Origin: Candidatus Methylomirabilis limnetica
Lineage (GTDB): Bacteria; Methylomirabilota; Methylomirabilia; Methylomirabilales; Methylomirabilaceae
Direction of reading: 5' to 3'
Length of the DNA stretch: 32,000 nt
NCBI RefSeq assembly: GCF_003044035.1
Contig: NZ_NVQC01000038.1
Span: 6,669 to 38,668, forward strand
The translations under genes and the position numbers were made by a program. Within the stretch, counting starts at the first letter, position 1. Each line of letters begins with the position of its first letter. This document shows positions 24,578 through 32,000 of this stretch, in pieces. Under the pieces are notes generated by a model. That model was not told the origin of the DNA. It did not search any database and was given only the letters and a program-made list of their open reading frames with translations.

Positions 24578-24736
24578 GCTGTCAGTTCTCCCCGCTCTTG
24601 GTTTCTACATGTTCCTATGTATACAAGATACGCTCAAGAGATCCTTTTCGTCCATAGGCCATGTGGCGTATTTTCTAGAAAAAAGAGGGCTGAGGGTTTT
24701 AGGGGTGTGTAGGGTTTAATCACGGCAGACATGAGG

Positions 24737-25390
24737 TCAGTCCGGTTGTTCTACGATCCGGTAAAGGGTGAGCTGTAACCGCCGACTGATCTTTAACTTA
24801 TTGAATACATTGCTCACATGGGTCTTAACGGTCTTATAGCTGATCCCGAGCCGGGCGGCAATCTCTTTATTTGTCATACCCTGAATGACCCACCTCACGA
24901 TCTCTTGCTCCCGATCCGTCAGGGCCTCTTGCATCTCTGAGAGGGGGAGATTCATCTCTTGCGTCTTCTGACGCAAGCTTTCCAGCGCCTCGGCCAGGAC
25001 CTTGCGCCCCGCCCAGATCTCTCCAATATAGGTGACCCGGATGGCCCTGATGAGATCCTTGTGGTTGAGTGGTTTCGATAAATATCCTTTGGCACCCAGT
25101 TGTAAAGCCTGGCTCACGAACTCATCTTCAGGCAATCCGGAGAGGATCAACACATGTGTTCGGGAGGATTTCTCGCGGATCATGGGGAGCGCCTCAAGCC
25201 CACCCATCTCCGGCATGCTCACATCCAAGAGCAGAATATCCGGCTGAAGGACTTCCGCTAGCCTTATGGCTTGGAGACCATCCGCCGCCTCGCCGACCAC
25301 GGAAATGTCGGGCTCTTGCGCCAACAGCGTCCGGAGCCCTTCTCGAAAGAGCGTATTGTCGTCAGCGATAAGGACTGATATGGGGCTCAT
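24737..25390 (-). CDS. NarL/FixJ-family response regulator (receiver + LuxR-type HTH)
   Basis: 217 aa: 'VLIADDNTLFREGL', 'ILLLDVSMPEMGG', 'VLILSG', 'GAKGYLSK'. C-terminal 'LTDREQEIVRWVIQGMTNKEIAARLGISYKTVKTHVSNVFNKL'. Confidence 0.9.
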   Translation of the reverse strand: MSPISVLIADDNTLFREGLRTLLAQEPDISVVGEAADGLQAIRLAEVLQPDILLLDVSMPEMGGLEALPMIREKSSRTHVLILSGLPEDEFVSQALQLGAKGYLSKPLNHKDLIRAIRVTYIGEIWAGRKVLAEALESLRQKTQEMNLPLSEMQEALTDREQEIVRWVIQGMTNKEIAARLGISYKTVKTHVSNVFNKLKISRRLQLTLYRIVEQPD

Positions 25391-25450
25391 GGAACCATTC
25401 TCTCACGTCACACCATGAAATCTCTTGTTACCCGTCAACAATAGGTGATA

Positions 25451-25466
25451 TGGCACATATTGAGCT
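25451..25466 (+). promoter_or_regulatory. candidate sigma-54 (-24/-12) promoter facing the YdbH-like gene
   Basis: 'TGGCACatatTGaGCt': GG and GC have the canonical spacing of TGGCAC-N5-TTGCW, but the -12 TT is missing. Single occurrence, so it may be chance. Confidence 0.2.
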
Positions 25467-25566
25467 TATCTTAGGCCCATTTCCACACCTGTCAAGAAAC
25501 TTCTCGGGAAACGGAACAACATGGGGTTCTTCCGGATTTTCCGTGGGTACCCCGGCCTTCCAGCAT

Positions 25567-25604
25567 CCCCTCCCCCCACCGAGGGGGAGGGCGTGGGTGG
25601 GGTA
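25567..25604. repeat. isolated GC-rich hairpin related to the main repeat family
   Basis: 'cccctccccccaccgagggggagggcgtgggtggggta'. The stem ccctcccc/ggggaggg resembles the 'cctccccccttgagggggagg' module. Confidence 0.4.
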
Positions 25605-25704
25605 GCTGTCGTGTCGATGATAGATTTGCTTGCCATCTCCCGCCCTCCTTGCGTATGGTTATGCTGAGGTTAGATGCGTCCCCTTCAACCGGAGAATTTC
25701 ACCA

Positions 25705-28700
25705 TTGCGAAGGCTTAAATCGACGCTGATCATTATGCTGCTGGGACTGACGACTGTCGTTGTCGTTGGCGCGCTTCTGCTCCTGCTCTTCCTTCCCACC
25801 CTCCTCCAGCGGTTCGCCTGCGCCCCGTACGGGATTCGCTGCGCCGTCGGGCAGGTCAACATCCGCCCCCGCCCGAACCTGACCGCAGACCTTGTGATTT
25901 ACCATCTTACCCTGTTTGACCCTGAAGGCCCGGGTGTGGCGCTGCAGGTGAAGCGTCTCGCCGCAACGCTGAATATTCCGGCGCTGATCCTCACGCGTCA
26001 GGTCATGCCGACCGAGGTCCGGATCGATGGCCCGGAACTGCTGCTCAAACAGCTCGACGATGGCCGATGGAATCTGGCGGTGTTGGCTCAGGAGGTGCAG
26101 AAACATTTGCAGCCTACCACCCGGCCCACCGGATTGCAGCTTCCCCGGATCGCTTTAACCGCCGGCGCGCTTCAGATCGGCGACCATCGGATCGGCGATG
26201 TCAACGTAACTCTTGAGCCGAAGCCGGCCCCTCTACTGTTTGAGATGCAGGCGCGAGCCGTCGTCGGTGGACGGTCGGTCCAGATAAGCGGCGCCTTGAG
26301 AAATACACTCGATGGGCAGATCATGGCGCAGGTTCAGGAGGTTATGCTGCGTGGCGCACTGCGGTTTCGCGTTGATGCTTCGGATCGCGCCGTAACCATT
26401 CCCGAATGGTCGTTCGAGACGGAGGGCGCGATGGCGCGCGGGGCAGCGGCCATTCGTTATGGAGACTGGCCACCTGCCTATACACTAACCGTCGCCGAGT
26501 GGGGGGCAGATCTTACAGCGTTGGCGCATCGGCTCTCCTTCCCCTGGCTTGCGGACCTTACGGGCATGATAGAAGGCGAGCCGACTACGCTGCAAGGTCA
26601 CTGGCCGGAGCTGCCCGTCGGGGAGGTTATGGCTACGCTCAGAGGCGGTGGACTGGAGCTCGCCTCGCCGCGATTCGGAGTGGCGGGGCTCAGTGGACGC
26701 ATCGGCTTCTCATTACCGGACGGAGGACGCCCATGGAAGGCGGAGATCATGAGCCGATCGATACAACTCCACGCTGCCACCAGTAACGGTGCGACTACGC
26801 TGCAAGACGCCGAGATCGCCATACAAGGGATTGGGATGTCGGGGCGTGATCTTACAGGCACGCTCGCCATCGGACAGGCCGACCTCGCTGGTCGGCCACT
26901 ACGCGCGCTCAAGGCCAGGCTTGAGATAGACCCTGACCATGTTCGAATCCCCGAGTTCCACGTTACCGCCGGTGATGGGGATGTCCGTGGCCACGCCTCG
27001 TTTTCGAGGGCTGCGCCCCTGCAAGAGGCGCGCGTGACGCTTTCGGTACGCGGCCTTCGTCCGCAGTCGCTGTTCGCCCTCGTCGAAAAGCCAGCAGGGC
27101 TGCTGGGGATCCCATTCGACGCTGAGCTCTCGGCCACACTCTCCCACGGTTTCGTGACAGCAACCATCGATCTGCCGCCCGCCGTGACTGGGCAGTTGCG
27201 TCGCATGATCCTTGAGGTCCCGCATACGGCCTCCGCCGCCGGCCAAACCAGTGGCCATCTTCTCCTTCAGGCGCAAGGGACCCTCCAGACCGGCCAGGGC
27301 ATGCAGGCGTCCGGTTCGGTCAGGGTGCGAGGGCTCCGCGAGCTGTTGGCCGGTGGGGATCCGATGAATCAGGCGCCCCCCGTTGAGCTCGCCGTTGCCT
27401 ACCGTGATAGCCTGGTCACGCTCAAGGCTCAAGATCTCGGCTTCTCGGCCGCTGAGCTCGCCCCCTTGCTCAGTCGGCTGGCTGGCCGGCGGATCGAAGG
27501 CAAGGAAGGACGCCTGGTCATATCGGCAGACGCCACATTCGGCGGATTGCAACCTCCCACCGCCAGCGGCGCGATAACGCTTCAAGGCCTTTCGTTCAGC
27601 CTGGCACGGCAAGCGGCTGAGCCGGTGCCTCTGCTTACGGGCATCCGGGGTACCGTCGCCTTCACCCTCGACAGGGGTCTACTGACGATCAAAGAGACGG
27701 CCCTTCGGACCGACAGAGATCTCACGCTCATCCTCTCAGGTAGTCTGCCGCTCAGCCACAACGACCGCAGTGCGACCCGCGCTTACCTGACCGTCCCGTG
27801 GACGGAGGTCGCGGGACTCCGCTCAACGCTCGCCGCTCTGACGGGAGGCCAGCCTGACGCCACTCGCCTCGCCGGTCAACTTCAGGCGAATCTGGAGCTC
27901 ATCGGCCAGGAATATCACGGGGCGCTCTCCCTGCGAAACGTCAGCATAGAATCGAACAGCTTCCATCTGGACAGCGCAAGCGGTGTGATCCCGCTGCACG
28001 GACGGACCGGTTCGACAGGCTCACGGCAGGTCGGCCAGGGTTCGACTTCACCCCTGCACCAGGTCGCGACCCAGCAGAGAGCAGGCTGGTCCCACACCAC
28101 CGAACGTGAGTATCGCACGGCGCTGGAGAGGTTATCGAACGTGCCGGCCCGGGCGCCATTCTCGCTGACCATCAGATCACTCGCCTACGACCCGATCGAG
28201 CTTCGTAACATCGAGGTCGCCCTCGCCTCGTCAGGAAACCAGATCGCCGTGCAGCGGTTTGCCTTTGACGCCTCGGGCGGGCGGTGGAGCGGCTGGGGAA
28301 CGGTCGAGCCTCTGGGAGGGGGGATCGCTCTGACCTTGCTCACTGAGGGGCTCAGCCTGCGCGCGATTTGTGATGCCTTTCCGCCCATCAAGGGGTATAT
28401 TAATGGGCGGATCAACGGGATGACCGACCTCGTGGTTCCACACTTTGCCATCGACCAGGCACAAGGCAGCGCTCGGTTTTGGGCCGTAGACTCTCCGCAA
28501 GAGAAGCGGAAGATCAGCCGCCGCCTGATCGAACAGTTGGCCGGGCAGCAGATCCGCTATTTCAGTCTGTTTGGAGTGCCCCGTCGCTATAATCGTGGCG
28601 TACTGGAGGTAGCCTTGAAAGCAGGCGATCTGAGCTTTCACGAACTTGAGATTTCTCACACGATACTAGGGTATAAAGATCTGGACGTTCGCGTCTCGCC

Positions 28701-28791
28701 TACCTTTAACAGGATCGGGTTGACTCACCTGCTCGAAAGTATCAGTGAAACGATCGAGCGGATCAGGGCCTCGGCTGAGACAAATCACTGA
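25705..28791 (+). CDS. large N-terminally anchored AsmA-like / YdbH-like envelope protein
   Basis: The ORF is open from 25630. TTG 25705 is preferred: GGAGA lies 9 nt upstream, and it gives MRRLKSTLIIMLLGLTTVVVVGALLLLLFLP, a charged N-terminus followed by a TM segment. About 1000 aa of Gly/Leu/Ala-rich beta-like repeats follow. A YdbL-like gene lies downstream, as in the ydbH-ynbE-ydbL arrangement. The family call rests on architecture and synteny. Confidence 0.55.
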   Translation: MRRLKSTLIIMLLGLTTVVVVGALLLLLFLPTLLQRFACAPYGIRCAVGQVNIRPRPNLTADLVIYHLTLFDPEGPGVALQVKRLAATLNIPALILTRQVMPTEVRIDGPELLLKQLDDGRWNLAVLAQEVQKHLQPTTRPTGLQLPRIALTAGALQIGDHRIGDVNVTLEPKPAPLLFEMQARAVVGGRSVQISGALRNTLDGQIMAQVQEVMLRGALRFRVDASDRAVTIPEWSFETEGAMARGAAAIRYGDWPPAYTLTVAEWGADLTALAHRLSFPWLADLTGMIEGEPTTLQGHWPELPVGEVMATLRGGGLELASPRFGVAGLSGRIGFSLPDGGRPWKAEIMSRSIQLHAATSNGATTLQDAEIAIQGIGMSGRDLTGTLAIGQADLAGRPLRALKARLEIDPDHVRIPEFHVTAGDGDVRGHASFSRAAPLQEARVTLSVRGLRPQSLFALVEKPAGLLGIPFDAELSATLSHGFVTATIDLPPAVTGQLRRMILEVPHTASAAGQTSGHLLLQAQGTLQTGQGMQASGSVRVRGLRELLAGGDPMNQAPPVELAVAYRDSLVTLKAQDLGFSAAELAPLLSRLAGRRIEGKEGRLVISADATFGGLQPPTASGAITLQGLSFSLARQAAEPVPLLTGIRGTVAFTLDRGLLTIKETALRTDRDLTLILSGSLPLSHNDRSATRAYLTVPWTEVAGLRSTLAALTGGQPDATRLAGQLQANLELIGQEYHGALSLRNVSIESNSFHLDSASGVIPLHGRTGSTGSRQVGQGSTSPLHQVATQQRAGWSHTTEREYRTALERLSNVPARAPFSLTIRSLAYDPIELRNIEVALASSGNQIAVQRFAFDASGGRWSGWGTVEPLGGGIALTLLTEGLSLRAICDAFPPIKGYINGRINGMTDLVVPHFAIDQAQGSARFWAVDSPQEKRKISRRLIEQLAGQQIRYFSLFGVPRRYNRGVLEVALKAGDLSFHELEISHTILGYKDLDVRVSPTFNRIGLTHLLESISETIERIRASAETNH

Positions 28792-28896
28792 ACGTAACTA
28801 TTCAGGTAGATAGGCTGAAGGCTGAAGGTTTTTAGGGACAAATAATGCGTGATCATACAAAACTCCGGAAAGGTCTTGAATCTACAGGGGGTTCAT

Positions 28897-28989
28897 TCCC
28901 CGGCTTGCCGCGAGTTCGTCATACCGGCGGAAGCCGGTATCCAACAGGCCCCGGCTGGATTCCGTGTCAAGCACGGAATGACGGGCCAG
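28897..28989. repeat. ~95-bp two-hairpin repeat (second family), copy B
   Basis: 'tccccggcttgccgcgagttcgtcataccggcggaagccggtatccaacaggccccggctggattccgtgtcaagcacggaatgacgggccag'. Confidence 0.85.
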
Positions 28990-29051
28990 TATCAAGTACG
29001 GGGCAGGCTTGTCAAGCCCGGAAAGACAAACAACAAGCAAGGAGGACGTGG

Positions 29052-29726
29052 ATGCGCAGATACCGAAAACAGCTTGTGATGTTCACCCTGAGCTCCCTGC
29101 TCAGCGTCGCCGCGTGCGCGGTCATTACCGTCAATGTCTATTTTCCGGAAAAGGATGTCAAATCGGCCTACAAGTCGCTGGAGGAGGAGTTGCTTCAGCC
29201 GACTCCGAAGAAGGAGAAGGAGGCGCCAGGTCAGTCGCCAACGTCCAGCCTGCGGCCAGGGCAGCAATCGATGCTGGCCGTGATCCGTACGTGGCGAGTA
29301 ACGTTGGTGAGCGAAGCGATGGCCCAGGACGATCTCTCGCGGCGGATTACGCAGGAGATCAAGGGCTATCCGGAGGTGATCGCCGCGTATAAAGGAATCG
29401 GACAGCGACTCGCCCGGATGAATCAGCTTCGAGATCAGGGATTGGTGGGTGAGGCGAAAGATGGGAAGGCGGCCCTACGCGCGAATCCCCCCCAGGTGGG
29501 CGAGGCGGAGGCCGCGCTGCTGCTGGAGGAGAATGGGGACCGTGAAGTGATTATCAACGGGATGGCAAAGGCGATCCTCAAGCTTACCCAGCAAGAGGCA
29601 ACCCCTGCGAATCTGACGAAGGTGAAAACACAGGCCGCCGAGACCTTTGCGTCGATCCGCCGCGATGCGGCTCACCCGGGCTGGTGGGTGCAGATCCCGA
29701 ACGGCACCTGGGGGATGCGCAAGTAA
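29052..29726 (+). CDS. lipoprotein with a C-terminal YdbL-like (DUF1318) domain
   Basis: ATG 29052 lies 6 nt after AGGAGG. MRRYRKQLVMFTLSSLLSVAACAV carries a lipobox (VAAC). The C-terminal 'LRDQGLVGEAKDGKAAL...LLLEENGDREVIINGMAKAI...HPGWWVQIPNGTWGMRK' matches the YdbL pattern I recall (G.VGE...G.L...N.DR...Y..IA...G.W.Q...G.W..K). The track start 28845 would translate a repeat. Confidence 0.65.
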   Translation: MRRYRKQLVMFTLSSLLSVAACAVITVNVYFPEKDVKSAYKSLEEELLQPTPKKEKEAPGQSPTSSLRPGQQSMLAVIRTWRVTLVSEAMAQDDLSRRITQEIKGYPEVIAAYKGIGQRLARMNQLRDQGLVGEAKDGKAALRANPPQVGEAEAALLLEENGDREVIINGMAKAILKLTQQEATPANLTKVKTQAAETFASIRRDAAHPGWWVQIPNGTWGMRK

Positions 29727-29752
29727 CGCCCGACCCAATAAGGCAGCGGCCT

Positions 29753-31702
29753 TTACTGGTCTTCATACTTGGCCTTTAGCTCAGCCACCACATTGGCGTC
29801 TGCCAGCGTTGTGGTGTCGCCCAACGCCCGGCCTTCGGCAATGTCACGGAGCAGGCGACGCATGATCTTGCCGCTGCGGGTCTTTGGGAGTTCGGCCGTG
29901 AAGATCAGATCGTCCGGTCTGGCGAAGGCGCCGATCTTCTTGACGACATGCGCCTTGATCTCCGCCTGGAGTTCGGGAGTGGGCTTGATGCCGTCCCGGA
30001 TGGTCACGAAGGCGGCGATGGCCTGCCCCTTGATCTCGTGGATGCGGCCGATGACGGCTGCCTCAGCCACGGCAGCGTGATCCACGAGGGCGGACTCGAC
30101 CTCCATCGTCGAGACACGATGTCCGGAGACGTTCATCACGTCATCGACGCGACCCAGCAGCCAGAAATCGCCATCTTTATCTTGGCTTGCCCCGTCACCG
30201 GTGAAATAGATACCTTTATACTTCGACCAGTACTCTTTGGCGAAGCGATCCGGATCACCCCAGATCCCGCGGAGCATACCGGGCCAGGGCTTACGAAGCA
30301 CGAGGAAGCCGGTCGTGGCGGGTCTGCCTCCCTCATCCACCACCTCAGCGTCGATCCCCGGGAAGGGCCTGGCAGCCGAGCCTGGCTTGAGCGTGGTAAT
30401 CCCCGGGAGTGGCGTGATCATGATGTGGCCGGTTTCAGTCTGCCACCAGGTGTCCACCACCGGACAGCGGCCGCCGCCAATTACCTTCCAGTACCAGACC
30501 CACGCCTCGGGATTGATCGGCTCGCCGACGCTGCCAAGCAGGCGAAGGCTTGAGAGGTCGCAGCGATTCGGGTATTCTTCGCCCCACTTCATAAAGGTAC
30601 GGATGGCCGTCGGCGCCGTGTAGCAGATTGTGATTCCGTGCTTCTCGATGATGCGCCAGAAGCGATCCTTATCCGGGTAGTCCGGGGTGCCCTCGTACAT
30701 GACGGTGGTGGCCCCGTTGGCCAGAGGTCCGTAGACGACGTATGAATGACCAGTGACCCAGCCCACGTCAGCGGTGCACCAGTAGACATCGTTGTCCTGG
30801 ATATCGAAGACCCATTTGTGTGTGGCAACCACTCCGGTCAGGTAACCGCCTGTGGTATGAATGATCCCTTTCGGTTTCCCGGTCGAACCAGAGGTATAGA
30901 GGAGAAAAAGCATGTCCTCGGCATCCATGATCTCAGGGGCGCACTTGGCCGGCGCGTCATCGATGAAATCGGTCCACCAGATGTCCCGACCCGGCTGCAT
31001 GTCTATGGCCTGCCCGGTCCGCTTCACCACGACCACCGTCTTGACACCGGGGCACGCCCTGAGCGCCTCGTCGGTGTTTTTCTTGAGCGGCACCACCGCG
31101 CCGCGACGGTAGCCGCCGTCGGCCGTGATCACGAGGGCCGAGTCGGCGTCGAGGATTCGGTCGCGGACAGCCTCCGGTGAGAAGCCGCCGAAGATCACGC
31201 TATGAGGCGCACCGATGCGCGCGCACGCCAGCATCGCGATGGCGACCTCCGGGATCATCGGCATATAGATGGTGACCCGATCCCCTTTCTTGACCCCGTG
31301 TCGCTTGAGGGCCGCTGCGAAGCGGTTCACCTCGCGATAGAGATCCCAGTATGTGAGGGTCCGAGTGTCGCCCGACTCTCCCTCCCAGATGAGGGCTGCC
31401 TTGGTGCGCAGGGGGCCATTCACATGGCGGTCGAGACAGTTATAGGCAACGTTAAGTTTGCCGCCCGCAAACCACTTGGCGTGCGGGGCTTTCCACTGGA
31501 GGACCCGCTTCCACGGCTTGAACCAGTGAAGGGCCTTGGCCTGGCGCTCCCAGAACCGGACCGGATCCTTTGCCGCTTCCTTATATACGGCAGGCTGATT
31601 GACTACCGCCCGCTTGGCGAACGCTGTCGGCGGCCTGAACTTTCGTCGCTCCTTCAGAGGTGCTGCAATCGGGATATCGCCTCCGCTCTTGGTCTGGGTC
31701 AT
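29753..31702 (-). CDS. acs: acetyl-CoA synthetase (AMP-forming)
   Basis: 649 aa. ATG 31702 is preceded by GGAGGAG. Canonical motifs: '[17 protein letters not shown]', '[13 protein letters not shown]', '[15 protein letters not shown]', 'DTWWQTETG', '[13 protein letters not shown]', '[15 protein letters not shown]'. Confidence 0.95.
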   Translation of the reverse strand: MTQTKSGGDIPIAAPLKERRKFRPPTAFAKRAVVNQPAVYKEAAKDPVRFWERQAKALHWFKPWKRVLQWKAPHAKWFAGGKLNVAYNCLDRHVNGPLRTKAALIWEGESGDTRTLTYWDLYREVNRFAAALKRHGVKKGDRVTIYMPMIPEVAIAMLACARIGAPHSVIFGGFSPEAVRDRILDADSALVITADGGYRRGAVVPLKKNTDEALRACPGVKTVVVVKRTGQAIDMQPGRDIWWTDFIDDAPAKCAPEIMDAEDMLFLLYTSGSTGKPKGIIHTTGGYLTGVVATHKWVFDIQDNDVYWCTADVGWVTGHSYVVYGPLANGATTVMYEGTPDYPDKDRFWRIIEKHGITICYTAPTAIRTFMKWGEEYPNRCDLSSLRLLGSVGEPINPEAWVWYWKVIGGGRCPVVDTWWQTETGHIMITPLPGITTLKPGSAARPFPGIDAEVVDEGGRPATTGFLVLRKPWPGMLRGIWGDPDRFAKEYWSKYKGIYFTGDGASQDKDGDFWLLGRVDDVMNVSGHRVSTMEVESALVDHAAVAEAAVIGRIHEIKGQAIAAFVTIRDGIKPTPELQAEIKAHVVKKIGAFARPDDLIFTAELPKTRSGKIMRRLLRDIAEGRALGDTTTLADANVVAELKAKYEDQ

Positions 31703-31984
31703 AAACTCCTCCGTCGGTCACATCGTTCATGGCATCCTGAACAGCTTTCACGAGCGATCATTGTACGTGAGGCTCAAGTACGCTGACAACGATTTTCCTT
31801 TTGCTGCTCTCTTGTGGATAAATCGTATTTACCGAGAAAAATATAGAGGGCCCCAACGGAATCAAATTTATATTGGCTCTTCGCGTAATCGAGTGGGTGA
31901 ATTTAACATGAAATCCTCTGTAAGCCTTGTGGCATCTGGTAAAATCCGGTCTGCACCCCTTGCAGAAAACGGGAGGATTTCTCA

Positions 31985-32000
31985 ATGGCTATTTCAACCA
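31985..32000 (+). CDS. possible start of a plus-strand CDS that leaves the window (5 codons visible)
   Basis: ATG 31985 lies 8 nt after GGGAGG (31971-31976). An extended -10-like 'TGgTAAAAT' sits at 31937-31945 in an AT-rich divergent intergenic region. Only MAIST is visible, so there is no product call. Confidence 0.25.

Noticed and set aside
26941-26950. A T-loop-like gttcgaatcc hinted at a tRNA.
   Set aside because: The flanking bases do not form a T-stem or acceptor stem, and the site lies inside a long coding frame.
28845-29051. A longer YdbL-like N-terminus from ATG 28845.
   Set aside because: It would translate repeat copy B. The internal ATG 29052 has a strong AGGAGG and yields a proper lipoprotein signal.
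29727-29752. A small hairpin (aaggc-agcg-gcctt) between the convergent YdbL-like and acs genes could be a bidirectional terminator.
   Set aside because: It has only a 5-bp stem and no U-tract on either strand, which is too weak to call.
31758-31985. Track ORF 31758..31985 (-), 75 aa, upstream of acs.
   Set aside because: It has a TTG start in an AT-rich divergent intergenic region and no motif. The region more likely holds promoter sequence for acs and for the plus-strand gene starting at 31985.

Overview
The window is mostly one minus-strand exopolysaccharide or capsule locus from a high-GC diderm bacterium. No organism can be named from the sequence alone.

In transcription order (high to low coordinates) the minus strand carries:
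- two NarL-type response regulators
- a secreted FecR-like repeat protein
- Wza-type outer-membrane exporter and Wzc-type co-polymerase/tyrosine kinase
- a TPR plus carbohydrate-binding-like protein
- a run of small toxin-antitoxin-type genes
- a DegT-type sugar aminotransferase
- a 956-aa fusion of a phosphoglycosyl transferase, a CapD/PglF-like dehydratase and a receiver domain
- a methyltransferase-like pseudogene
- a FemAB-like acyltransferase
- a Wzx flippase
- an AsnB-like amidoligase lacking its N-terminal Cys
- a decayed second flippase
- a dead IS256-family element
- a GT4 glycosyltransferase
- a partial, AT-rich deacetylase-like gene

The right end carries a plus-strand YdbH/AsmA-like gene, a YdbL-like lipoprotein gene, and a convergent acetyl-CoA synthetase.

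Almost every intergenic gap from 9 to 19 kb is filled by a mosaic family of GC-rich multi-hairpin repeats. Two further repeat families occur at 21.3/22.5 kb and 18.6/28.9 kb. Some copies supply a start codon, a ribosome-binding site or a stop codon to the adjacent gene.

No rRNA, tRNA, CRISPR array or cas gene was seen. No Wzy polymerase, exosortase or histidine kinase lies in the window.

All family calls come from motif recognition by eye. No search was run.
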